A program made the translations under genes and the position numbers. The notes beneath the pieces are model-generated. The model worked only from the letters and a program-made list of their open reading frames with translations, was not told the DNA's origin and ran no database searches. From Lama glama (lineage: Eukaryota): a stretch of 64,000 nt of DNA. The DNA lies in the NCBI GenBank assembly GCA_028534125.1, contig CM052817.1:79982001-80046000 (forward strand). Direction: 5' to 3'. Of this stretch, positions 27,296 through 39,000 are shown one piece after another. Every line of letters begins with the position of its first letter. The stretch's first letter is position 1.

Positions 27296-28624
27296 AACTA
27301 GATATGTTTGGCATACTTTCTTTAAAAAGGGCAGAAAGTGTTTTATATATTTTAAAAAGATTTCTATCCCAAAGGGCTAAAATGTATATTGATGATCTGA
27401 AGAGCTAACCGATAGCTTGCTGGCCAGTTTGTGCTCATGTCTGTCAGTTCGCCAGTATCTAGAGAGATTTCATAAAAGGTCAGTTACCCACTCATTCCCC
27501 ACTGCTGCCATTGCTAAAATTCCTAAAATTCCTGCCCATTGCAATAGTCAGTGACAGCTAATGACCTCAGCCTCCCTAGGGATCAGAAGCCAGTGATGCC
27601 AAACTAGTGATGGGGAGGCAACGAGAGCGTCCGTCCTTGCCCTGCAGTACTGGGGGCCCTTGCCTTGCTCTGCATCCCAGGTCTGGTTGCTATCGTCCCC
27701 TTTTTTCACTGCACTGGAAGTTACTCCTTAGGCCAGACTCTGTGTTTTGGGCAGTGTAACACTGATCATTTCTTCAGGGTTCATTAGCTAATAGGAAAAG
27801 CCAAGTGAGCCTTCCTCTGGTCAAAGAGAACAGAGGCCTCGATTCACAGTGACCTGCTGGAGCTGCGTGGCCGCCACTGTTGAGTCTGTGTCATGCAAGA
27901 AACAGCTGAACAGCTCTGACGAAGCTTACTGTGAACAGACCACTGTGCTAAGCTATGTAGGGGGACGCAAAATTGTGTGAGAAGCTGGGACTCATCCTGA
28001 CAAGCTTCCAGTTTGGGGAAGAAGGCAATCATGAGCACTACTGACTATGATGAAAGGAAACATTTTGTCCAACTGGTCTGGCTAGCACGCAACCCTGTGC
28101 AGGCGAGACAGCCCTATGCACTCCGTCCTGGACCTCTCTGTGAGCTGTGATCGCTGGGAGAGCTCTGAGAACTGGCCCCCCGACCGTCCCATCCAGTGTG
28201 ATGACCAGCTGGAAGGAAGAGTTTACACCCTGCCTTGTGAGCCAGCTGGAGACCGGAACCCAAACTCTGGCTTCATTTGGTGAATGTCCTCCATCTTGCC
28301 CTGTATCTGGCTCTTATCCTGAATTCCTGCTCATAGAGACCTGCTGAGGTCATGTCTTGAGTGACACAGCTCTTCCTCACCTGGCACGGAGTACACTCAG
28401 TTTGTTTTTTGTTTTTGGGTGTTTTTTTCATTTTGTTTTGTTTTTGCCAGCTCCCCTGGTTTTGTATTTTCATTTGACACTAGAAACAGTGCCAGTAAAA
28501 TGGATGCTGGGAGGAAGGGGAAGCTGATCTGGACTGTAAAGGATGAGAGGGTTCTGAGAGGTGAGGATGAAAAGTCAGGGCCTTCCGGGTCCAGCAGGTC
28601 CCATGCATCATAGGCCATAACCTC

Positions 28625-29405
28625 TGGTGTGAAGAAATGGAACAGTCTACATTTGTCCCTAATTAAACTTAGTTTTTACCTTTTGGCATAAGAATTATTT
28701 TGAGCTAAAGGCATTTGAGTTTCTCAAATCCCTTGTCTGCCTAAAAGCAGAGCCTCCCCAAAGAACTCAATTGTCATAAATCCCCTCCCCAGGAGCAACT
28801 CTAATCGTTTTATAAAAAGAAGTCAAGGAGTTAACACCACACCCAGGCAGACATTGTCACAAACCATCATATCTCCCATCTTTTCTTCTAAGGCCTCATT
28901 TATCTTTTGAATAAGTCATTTGTGTTGCCATAAGCTTTTTCTGCCCCCTCTTCTAAGGAGTTATTTGTTCTCCAGAAGTGCCCCTTTGCCCCTTCTCAGA
29001 CCTGAGTAACATGGTATATAAGCTCTCAAATCATATCTTTTTTGTGTGTATTCAGTTCATTCTGTGATACTCCCATGCATGTACAATTAAAAATTAATAA
29101 ACTTGTATGCCTTTTCTCCTGTTAATCTGTCTGTTGTCAGCTTAATTCACAGGCATCTGTCACTGAACATAAGAGGATAGAGGAAATCGAAACCTGCCCT
29201 ACCAGTGCTTCCGCATACCAACCCACCCTCCCCTAACTCATAAAAGCTTGACTGAGCTCCAGATGGGGGAGACAGATCTGAGCTTTGCCTCCTTCTCCTT
29301 GCTTGACTACACTGCAATCAAGCCTTTTCTCTCTGCAAAAGACCATTGCTTCAGTATTTGGTTGTTCTGTGTCACAGCGTGCAGTGAGCTCACTTGCTTG
29401 GTTCC
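28625..29405 (+). mobile_element. MER34-like ERV1 LTR (~28680-29203) abutting the 3' half of a second LTR (~29204-29405)
   Basis: ttttggcataagaattattttgagctaaaggc..aataaacttgtatgccttttctcctgttaatctg, then ataaaagc..gagacagatctgagc..ctgcaatcaagccttttctctctgcaaaa. Confidence 0.7.
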
Positions 29406-31059
29406 ATCCCTAGGCAAGAGGGACAAGTCTTTGTCAGTCAGTCATTGGTTCCCAGGTAGTTTTGAGCAGTTCCCTGATGAGGGCAATTCTCTGGAGAAGG
29501 GTGGATTCACAGCTAACATTCATAACAGCTGAGGGTGTTGTCATCGGCAAATAAAGGGGATGGGATGGGACCAACATGGTCTACAGGAGGGAGCTTCCAA
29601 GGTGTCCAGGCACTTGGGCCAGTGCCCAGGATACTTGGTCTTCGCCATCTGTCATCCAGCGGTCTCCATTTATCAGCACTCAGTGACACCAATAGCACAC
29701 AGATAAGCCACCGCATTTGGTCCTCAGGCGGCCATCATCAACTGAGACCTAACTGAGAACGCATCTGACCCCAGACGTAGCCAGTGCTGTAGCCCCTGGC
29801 ACCCCAGCCTTGAGAGCGCTCCAGCCCTTCTGTTTTTCTCTCACAGAACCCTCTCGTCCCTCCCAGAGCCGGAAAGTGCTGGCTGCACTCTGAACCTTCC
29901 TGGCTGAATGGGCAAGTGAGGCTGCACCAGGCTCTGTGCGGGTCTTATGAGGCTCACAGCCATCCCGGAGCTACGTCTTGGGACATGAGGCTCCCAAGTC
30001 TTGGCACTGTGAAAACGTGTCAGTAAATTCTCTTCAGCTACCCTCCAGGGTTTCAACCCACGAGGAAGTGGGACATGCACCTTATCTGACCCCCAGGCAG
30101 CCACGACCTCGGAGCCGCTCTCCTCCCCACTGCTGGGGCAACGCTCCTGTAGTGTGTGGCCAGCTAGGTTCTTCATCTACTTTCTTTATGAGGTATTTAT
30201 TCTGTTAAACTTCACTGGGGGATTTTTCTATTGAGACTTTAAGCTTCCCTTTTGGAACTAAAAAAAAAAAAAAAAAAAAAAAACCTTTCTCCCTCAAAAA
30301 GCCCTGATTTTTTATTCTTTCATAACCATTGTTTCAGCCCTGGGTTTCAAAAGTCTGTTCTTAAAACACAAAAGCTGAACAAGAATTGTTTCTTTGTTTT
30401 TGCGTTCCTGCTTTAAATAATGCTAATCCTGCCCGAGGCCATGAATGCCTCCGACTCAATAATACAGCCTTTGAAACCAGGAGGGTTTCAGAAGAGAGGG
30501 CATAACCTTGCCACAGCCATGGGGGAACCAACCCCCACACCAGAGTCACGGAAACATGTGGCCTGGCTTGGAGGCACTGGAAGGATAAGAAGTTTGCTAA
30601 AGAAGAGGCAGTGTGCCAGAAAGGCAAATGGGAAAGAAATGTGGAAATAAATCAAGATGCGTTTTCAGAGGTTTCAGTTTCAGGCTCGGTGGGGGAATCC
30701 CTGGATCTCTTCCCCTGGCCTGGGGCTGCCCTTCGAAGGGCATGTCCAGACTTGTAGGATCTGGGCCCTGGAGAAGAGAATATAATGGGAAAGAATAGGA
30801 AGAGAAATGACTTTAAATTTGCACAAGATATTTAAAATAGGCAATGAGGAATATTTGGCCTCCATCCAGATACACCCACAGACATCCCGAATGTCTACTC
30901 CTAGAGAAGAATTTAAGATGTTAGATTTTGGTTCAGAATATGTCTGAGAGCTAGATAGAGTAGTAAGGAGCCAGTAAGAGGAAAATACTCATTTTCTTCA
31001 TTGCAGGAAACACAGAAGAAGAGGGAATACTGTTCTGGGTTTTAAAACTGGAATTAGTA

Positions 31060-31523
31060 GTGTTCAGGTCAGGGCAAAAGAGGCATTTGGATTATTTTGA
31101 ATAACTTTAGTTACCTAAGAAACAGCCGATGCAAGGACACTCTGACCCTCTCTTGTTTCCCTGAAAGTAAGAAATAAATCCCCGCGTGAAAGGTGCCCTC
31201 CCTGCACTGGGATGTCGCGGGCCTTCTTAGCACCAGAGACAGTGAAGTCAGCGCTTGGAAGGCTGGTTACTTCGCTACTTTACTACCCTGAGCCCAAACT
31301 TCTGTGTCTTGTCAGTTCTTCACAAATTTACAAATTTATTTTTTTGTCTAAAAAGTATAAAAGCAGTCTGCTTTGGTCATTTCTTTAGGTTCCATATCTA
31401 TGAGAGCTCCATGCATACAAAATTTAATTTGATTTTCTCCTGTTAATCTGTCTTGTGTCAATTTAGTTATTAGACCTGTCAAAAGAACCTGGCAAGGTAG
31501 AAGGAAAATTTCCCCTCTTCAAC
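31060..31523 (+). mobile_element. MER34-like ERV1 solo LTR
   Basis: TG..CA termini. gattattttga, gtgaaaggtgccctccctg, ctaaaaagtataaaagc and ttttctcctgttaatctgtct are shared with the copies at 20.7 and 28.7 kb. Confidence 0.8.
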
Positions 31524-31605
31524 AATGGCCTTGATAGCGGATAGGAGACTCCCCTTAGACAGGGGATCCCACAAAAGTGGGTTCTTGCCTGCAGGCTGGG
31601 AAGAA

Positions 31606-32263
31606 GTTGCCGATAGATGCAACCGGTGTTCCAGGTTCTTGTCCCGTCCCAGAAAGAATTCAGAGACAAGACGTAGTGGTTAAAAAAGGTAAAGTGAGGA
31701 TTTATTAAAGGATGGATAGTACACTCTCAGGGGAGAGCTGGCAGGCTCAGGTGAGCGGCTGCCCTGAGTTTCTTTAACAAGTTAGCTACATAGGGTGTAA
31801 AAATGAATGGGCGGAATATTCACTGGGAAGGGAAGGGTTTGGGGTCATATTCCCTGATTATCATCCGAACTCCACCTTCCCGAAGGGAGGAGGGATTTTT
31901 GTCCTTATTCAGTCTGTATCGAAAGTGTCATGGCATTGGAGCATGATGGGTACTTCTGATCTGCAAGGCTAATTTTATTGAAATGAGGGCATAATGAGCA
32001 AAAGGTTACATTCGGACACTAGAAATTCCTGCCTTTTCTCACCTTTCTTTGTTCTTCTCCAGGTCACTTGTCATCCCAAAAACCATGATCCCTTATCAGC
32101 CCCAAGGTTCCTGCTTTTCTTTCTCTGCCCAAAGATCCCTGGTGCTTACATGATGTGTGGTTTCCTGCATTTTGGTGTGTGCCCCTCCTTTCTGCCCAAT
32201 TCCTGCTATTTGGTCTGTGTCCCCCTTTCTCTGCTCATATCTAGCTATCTGCATGCTCTAACA
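31606..32263 (-). mobile_element. Younger ERV solo LTR nested in another minus-strand LTR (outer ~31531-31605 and ~32264-32690)
   Basis: Minus strand begins TGTTAGAGCATGC, with AATAAA (tttatt 31701-31706) near its 3' end. Outer pieces join as gggttcttgcctgcaggctgggaaga|aattcacagc..ctttattt. Confidence 0.65.
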
Positions 32264-33094
32264 AATTCACAGCTGAGGCAGAGGGACAGAATGAAAGCTG
32301 CTTTATTTACCACCAAGGGAGAAGGTAGAAGGGCGCTGGAGCAGGGGTGCTGTAAGCCCAGGTGGCTTGATGTAAGAACTCCCGCTCTTGGGGTCTCAGC
32401 TGGGTCCTTTTATCTGGTCCTCTTTATGGCTTCTTGTCGTCTTCTCATTGGCTGCCCTTTTCACGCTCATTCCTTCACTCATTCTTCCGGTTCCTTCCAC
32501 TCCATTGGTGGAGCAAGCACTTTGCAGGAACAAGATTAAGCATATGGGACCTTCTGTTCCCTTAGGATAATTTTTCTCTATTATTCAAGCAGAAGTATCT
32601 CCTAAGGCATAGGCTACGTTTAACCTTTAAAGGATTCTCTAGACAGTGGGTCCGAGTTTTGTTTCCCTAGTTCCCTACCTCCTTTAGCACAGTTGAAAAC
32701 AGGCCTAGTTACATAAATAAAATGTACAACTCTCCAGGGTGTTCCAGAGACTTACCAGAGTAAACTAAGTTTCGGCCACATCATTCCTCTTGGTTTCAGA
32801 TATTTGGGTCAAAGAAACATTTGCAAACTTCTTTTTAAAGTATTTTTGTCTGTTTATAAATAAATATTCAGAGTGTTTTCACTTTTTAGTCTTTTAATTT
32901 GATAATTGATTATCAGTCAGTCATCTCTGAATCCTTTATAGTTGATAATCATATTAACATTTACTGAGTGCTTATCATATGCACTTTATATATACTAACT
33001 CATTTAATCCTCACAACAACCTCGTAAGACAGAATCCCATTTTATAACCGAGGAAATGTCATTGCAGTAACATTGACCACACCTACTGTTCAGA

Positions 33095-33560
33095 TCTTTC
33101 TCAATACCATTCTCTGCAAAAAATAACAAAAGAAAAACAGACAACAACAACAACAAAAACCAGAGCTCTTTGAAGAAATGCTTGATTCCAGGGCTGGGGC
33201 TGGAAAAGTCTCAGATAAGCCTAGAACATTTTCACGTGTGTGCCAGAAAGTAAACAAGTGTTCAAAGAGTGATGGGAAAGTGTTAAAAAAGTGTGAAAGC
33301 CAGCTGGAAGGGGCTCCCACTAGCCAAATCTGGGATAATTTGATCATCAGTAAACAATGATAGGAACAGATATTGCCTACTGAATAAAATAAGCATCCAT
33401 GAGTTTATACTAATATACACAAGTGAATGAATGAGTGAAAAGGAAAAGCTTTTCCTTACGGTATACAATTCTGTATACATAATGCTTACTAATAAATGTG
33501 GAAGGAATGATGGATTTAAGAAGTCACCATTTGGCATCATAGTAGAAAATCTTACAAGGC
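33095..33560 (+). mobile_element. L1MC-like 3' UTR fragment
   Basis: gaaatgcttgattccagggctggggctggaaaagt and gctcccactagccaaatctgggataatttga motifs. Confidence 0.7.
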
Positions 33561-35379
33561 TTCTAAACAAAGATCAGAACTTTCAAAGACAACTGATGAA
33601 GGAAAGATAACTAGACTAGTAATAGACTTCTCGTCTGAAACCTTGAATCAGACAACTTGCATTTACATTTACAGACCACTGGTAATAGCCCTCTATCAAG
33701 GGAAGTTCTCATCCACACATGAGAGCAAAGTAAAGATGCTTTGGCATGCTACGAGGGCTCTGAAAATATGGTACCCACGTACCTTTCTGAGAAAACCCTC
33801 TAACCACATGAAAATCAAGTTTCATGATGGGGAAGATGAAAAGTTCAAGAAACATTGATGAACAATGAGTCTTATAACATTAACAATTAAATCTAAATGG
33901 ATGATGACAGTTAACTGGAGACTATAGTCTTAAGAACTTTGAAAGAGGAGAGAGATTCTGTGAGGGAAAACTAGATAATTGTCTGGGTTTGAAATTCTAT
34001 AGTTATCTCATACAAACTCAAGATTTGGGCAAAAGGGAGGAGATGGCAGTTAAATGTTCTGAAGGTGTCATTTAGTGGAAGGAGTGCAAAGGCGTTAAAG
34101 GACGGCAAAGCTGTTACTTTTTGGTCTATCAGTGGAGGATTTGATTATGACAGCTAGGAAGACAGCTCTTAGTAAAACTGAAAAATCTGTGTCTGGTAAG
34201 GAATGAATTAGTTGGAGGACATTGTTTAATTTTCCATAGAAATAGAAGTATCCATAGAAATAGAAATATGACTATTAAAGTTAGGAAAGTTAGGAGTAGC
34301 AGAATGGAGATGCATAGTAGAAATTCCAATTTGTGAAGAGAGGAGGAAAAGAGAAAAACAATCTAGTAAGAGTAAGGAAAAGAGAGAAGGGAAAATAATG
34401 TATAAAAGTGTACAATAACATGGAAGAAATAAAATTAAAGTGTATACATTTTCACTACTACTGTGAAATTCTCCTATCAAAAGGCAAAAACTCGCAGCCT
34501 GAATTTGAAAATCAGATTCAATAAGAGCCAGTATCAGGCAGTGCCTCAGCAAGATGACATGTTCGAAATGGGATAATTTGAGGTTTACTTAGGAAGGTGT
34601 GAGTGGGGAGTGCAAGAACCACAAGGCATAGTGTTCCACTGGGTGAACACCAGCAGGGCTGTCTCCACTCCTAAGCCCAAAGGGACAAGGGGAGGACACG
34701 GTTACCAAAACCTGGAAAGAAAGAATCATGAAGAGTAGGGCACCTCCAGCTGAAAGTCACAGAGGTGACATCACAGGAAAGAAGCCAAGAACTGACTTCA
34801 GTCTCCTCTAGATTTAGCCAGAGAGCAAGAGAAGGTGGTGTGGTCCATAGAGGGCAGCCACTTTGCAGGGTCAGGAGGGTGAGCGGTGGATCCAGGGAAG
34901 CAACTAAACAAGATACCTGCCCCACATGCTGTTTACAAGAACTGCACCTAAAGAAAACTTTGAAGAAAGGAAAGGTACATGACTGTAACCGACTATGGAT
35001 AGGACTTTTCCTGTTACCCAGAAGTTGTGAACTTTGTGCTAGACCCAAAGCTGGGGAGAGGGGGAGACTAGATGTTCTCCCATAAGAGAACTATCAGGTG
35101 GTCAAGCTGCCAGAATATCCCTGCAGGACTTACTAATGGGCACACCTGCCCATAACCCCCTCTCCCTCATCTGTATAAGAGAGATTTGGGGAAGGCGGAA
35201 AGTGAGTTTTAGGCTTTGAGGAAAACAGTGGATGGTGAAATGAACTATACACATATCAACTAGATGAAATTTAATTCTTAAAATACGAGTTCTTTGAATT
35301 ATGGAGCAAGAGAGGAAATTAAAATGTTAAGCAAGGAGAGTAGCATAGAAAAATATTCCTAGTCTGATTGCAACAGTGC

Positions 35380-36060
35380 AAAAAAGGACAGACACCAGTG
35401 AGCAAACGTAAGAAGGGAGCACAAATAAAACAAGAGGAACCAATGTCTTGGGCTAGTGGAGCGTGGGTGAGATCTTTTTTGTATTCATTACTTTTGTTGT
35501 CATACAACGGCATAAGAAGTAAATGAAAGCAAAGGCTTAAAACAGAGAAACAAGTGGGTGGAAGTAGAAGAGACAACGATTAGACAACCCTTGAGGAATT
35601 CTGCTGTAGAGGAAAGCAGAAAATGGGGTGGTACCTGGAAAGGGCTGTGGGGCCAAGGGAAGGGAGGGGCTTTTTTTGAAGATAGGAAAACAGCTACATA
35701 TTTTTCTGCTGATGGGAATGATCTATTAGAAAGGAGCAAAGCTGCTGCTGGAGAAAAGCCCTTCAGCAAGGGAGAGGAAATGTGACCCAGTGCTCAGGTG
35801 GGGTGAGCAGGGGGCAGGGCAGGGGCCACGTAAGGTGTGTGGGAGCCGATGCAAGCTGGTTTTCTGTCTGATGGTGGGAAGCTGAGGAGAGTCTATTCTG
35901 ACTGATTCCATTACCTTCAGCGAAATAAGAAGCAAAATGAGGTGCCAACTGAGAGTGAGGGTTGTTGGAAGTTTAAGATAAAAGAAGTGCGAAAATGGTC
36001 TCAGAGGTGGAAAGAGTTAAGGGACCAAGGCAATATGCTAGAATTTCCTGAGAAGACGGG
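35380..36060 (+). mobile_element. L2 fragment
   Basis: Purine-rich, with tattttctgctgatgggaatgatcta-like and ctgattccattaccttcagcgaaataagaagcaa motifs typical of L2. Confidence 0.55.
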
Positions 36061-39000
36061 GTCTATTTGAGGTTTGGGTAGTAACAGCTTTTACTGACAC
36101 ATCCTATCTCAACTATATAATATCAATGCCTTGAATACATGGTCTTTCTTTTTTCTCTGACTCTTAAAGAGTTCAGTTTCAGTTCTCTAAATTGCTAGTA
36201 TCCTCCCTTTTCATTTTACATTGTGTGAACAATGATGTTGAAATTACACTTGCAAGCAGCTGTCTTGAAGTATCAGCTTACATTTACTTGTTGAATGTTT
36301 TACCATCATACAAGAACATCTTCTGGAAACATCAGAATGGCCTGACCCTAGGCGCTGATGTCATCACCCCTCAGAAGCCATGACCTGTGATTTGTGGGTG
36401 TGAATTAGATTGTAGACTCTCAAGAGAATTGACACCCCTCAGTAACTGAAAAATGAAGAAATCCATATAATTTTGCTCAGAATGAGTGACAATAGTTTTT
36501 TTTTTCTTAATGTGATGACTTTAAGGGAAGATAGGGCCACACAAATTGCGTGAGTAACTCCTCTCAGAAGTTAGATATTTTTTGCAGCCTACACACTGAT
36601 GTCATTCACAGCACTTAATACCAGTGAGGTGGATATGATAACACAGTGGGATTTATTCTAAGTGGATCAGGAAGTGGGGGAGAGAAATAAACACATTAAG
36701 AAGAAAAATAAATTTAAATTAAGCACTTATAATAATTGACCAATAAAAATGGTCGATGTATATTTTACACTTTGTTCCTTTAAAAATACATTTTGTATGG
36801 AAAGCGTGATAAGCAGATAGGAACCATTAAAATGTATGGGTACCTGGCTGGATTTTCCTGTCCCCCTAAATGTCCATCTCATAGGAACCCCTATGGTCCA
36901 CCTCTATCCAGAGATGAAAATCTTTCCTTTCCATACTAAAAGTCAGAATTCTGAATGTTTATAGCCTGAAGTTGTTATCTGTGAATCCAGTAGCTTAGAC
37001 CAGAGAATCTTGCTTTGAGCATTGGCATTTTAGGCACTTTCTAGATAACATTGAAATGACTGTTTACGAGCACTTCCCAACTTAGGAAAAACTGAAAAAA
37101 AAGAAATTAAACCAATCATAAACTGACCTTTTTTGCACAGCAAAGTGATTCCCAAGATGCCCAAGAGGACACCCAAAGTGAATGTGGAAAAAGAGGGACT
37201 CTCACCACACTTTCAGGAAAAGTATAAACTGACACAACTTTTTCAAATGAACTTGATAAAATGTACCCTAAAGTCTTAAAACATTCATTTATTTATTCAA
37301 AAGTATTTATTGAGTGTCTTCTATATCAAGGGCTGGAAATTACATTCTATCAGTGAGTGAATAGACATTACACAAATACTTACAAGTGAAAAGGAAATCA
37401 AAAGGACCTAAGGGCAAAGAATTAGTCCTAAGAAAGTAATTAGAATTATACAGTGAGATATAATTTAAACAGTGAGAACTACCTAAATGTCCACAGGCAG
37501 TGGATTAAATAAATTATGGTGTATCTATGCAATGGAGTAATATGATGGCATTAAGAATAAAGTCATAGAAAAATACTTAATGACACGTAGTAATGTTCAT
37601 AATATACTGGCTAATGGAAAATAATGTTATAAAAGTATGTCCAGTGTGACCCAATTTGGTAAAAACTAAACAAAGCAAAAACATGTATCTATATATCTCT
37701 ATCCTTATCCATCATCTATGAAGGATATACCAGAAAATGTTACCAATGATAATTGCTGTCTGGGGATATTACAGACGTACTTTCTTCTTTGTGCTTATCT
37801 TCATGAACATTTTATAGTTGTAAGAAATAATAATAATGATTAAAGGTATATATATAACTGGGCAAGGGATAACTGACATTTTACAGAGAAGATCTAAGGG
37901 TATAGTAATCAACCACTCTTTTAAAGTATCTAAAATCTGTTCCTGTCTTAAATTAGATCAACAGAATATAATGTTCCTGAAATATATTTTTTAAGTCCCT
38001 TACAGAAATGCTTTCACATAGTTATAATTGAATGTTGAACTCAGCTTTCCTAAGGCAATCTAAATTTTCTTAATCTTTGGCAAAATTACAGTTCAAGATA
38101 TTGGCCCTTATGTTACTCACTGCTTCTCTTATAAAGAGCCACTTGACAAGCTTCCGAGAGAATTGATGCCAGGAAAGTTTACTCTTCAGTGAGCTTTTAT
38201 CAAACAGCCCACATTTTAGAACACATCTTATTTCCCTTATTGCCTTGTCTGCCAGGAAGATTAGAGCTAAGTTCAGTGATCAATTAATGTAAAGATCCAG
38301 CTCCTGGTACAATTAATTCTGCCTTTTAAGTGACATGTGCTGCTCATTTCTATCATGTTAAGCTCTTCTGTCTTTTAATAGGCAAGTCACCTCAAATTGT
38401 TTTTCAAAATAGACATGCAAGATAGCAAGATGTCCTGATGTTCCATAATAAAAAGGAAAAACTGAAAATTAGTAGTCTTTTGCTGTTGTACATATATATA
38501 AAATGCTAAAGTTTTAAAATAGTTGTCTTTATAATAATGTTTTTCCTAACTGGTGTAGCCTTTTACAAGGGTAGTGAAAACATTAACTTTATCTCAGCCT
38601 ATTTGAATCGCAATGGTTTTTAAACAGAATCTTTACTATAATGTCATTATTCCTATTAGTAAACTACTGGTCAAAACATTAGCTTTTTAGACAGCATATT
38701 GTTTTGGACAGTTTATATTAATTTAATGCATTTTCCTGTCATAGAAGGAATATTGAGAAAACATTTGAAATTTTCAAAGTTCTAGTTAACTGTGGTTCCA
38801 GCTTTTTTTTTTTTATCACTATTCATTCTTTCTGTATTACTTTTGCAGAGAAGACCTTAACCATTAAGAACACTTGAGATGAAATTTTGTATTCTCCTGA
38901 TGACTATGGGATGAGGTGTTTAAATGACCTTTTTCATCCCCGGGGCATGATTGCTGTAGGTCAGGCTTGAGGTCATTGGCTGAAGAGTTACAAAGAAAGT

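Noticed and set aside
31520..31545. TGG after LTR end as possible primer-binding site
   Set aside because: Does not extend into an 18-nt tRNA complement, and no internal proviral sequence follows.
31994..32539. 181-aa ORF
   Set aside because: Runs antisense across the junction of nested LTRs, with no retroviral protein motifs.
34233..34268. 18-bp tandem duplication tccatagaaatagaa(g/a)ta
   Set aside because: Ordinary micro-duplication with no functional cue.
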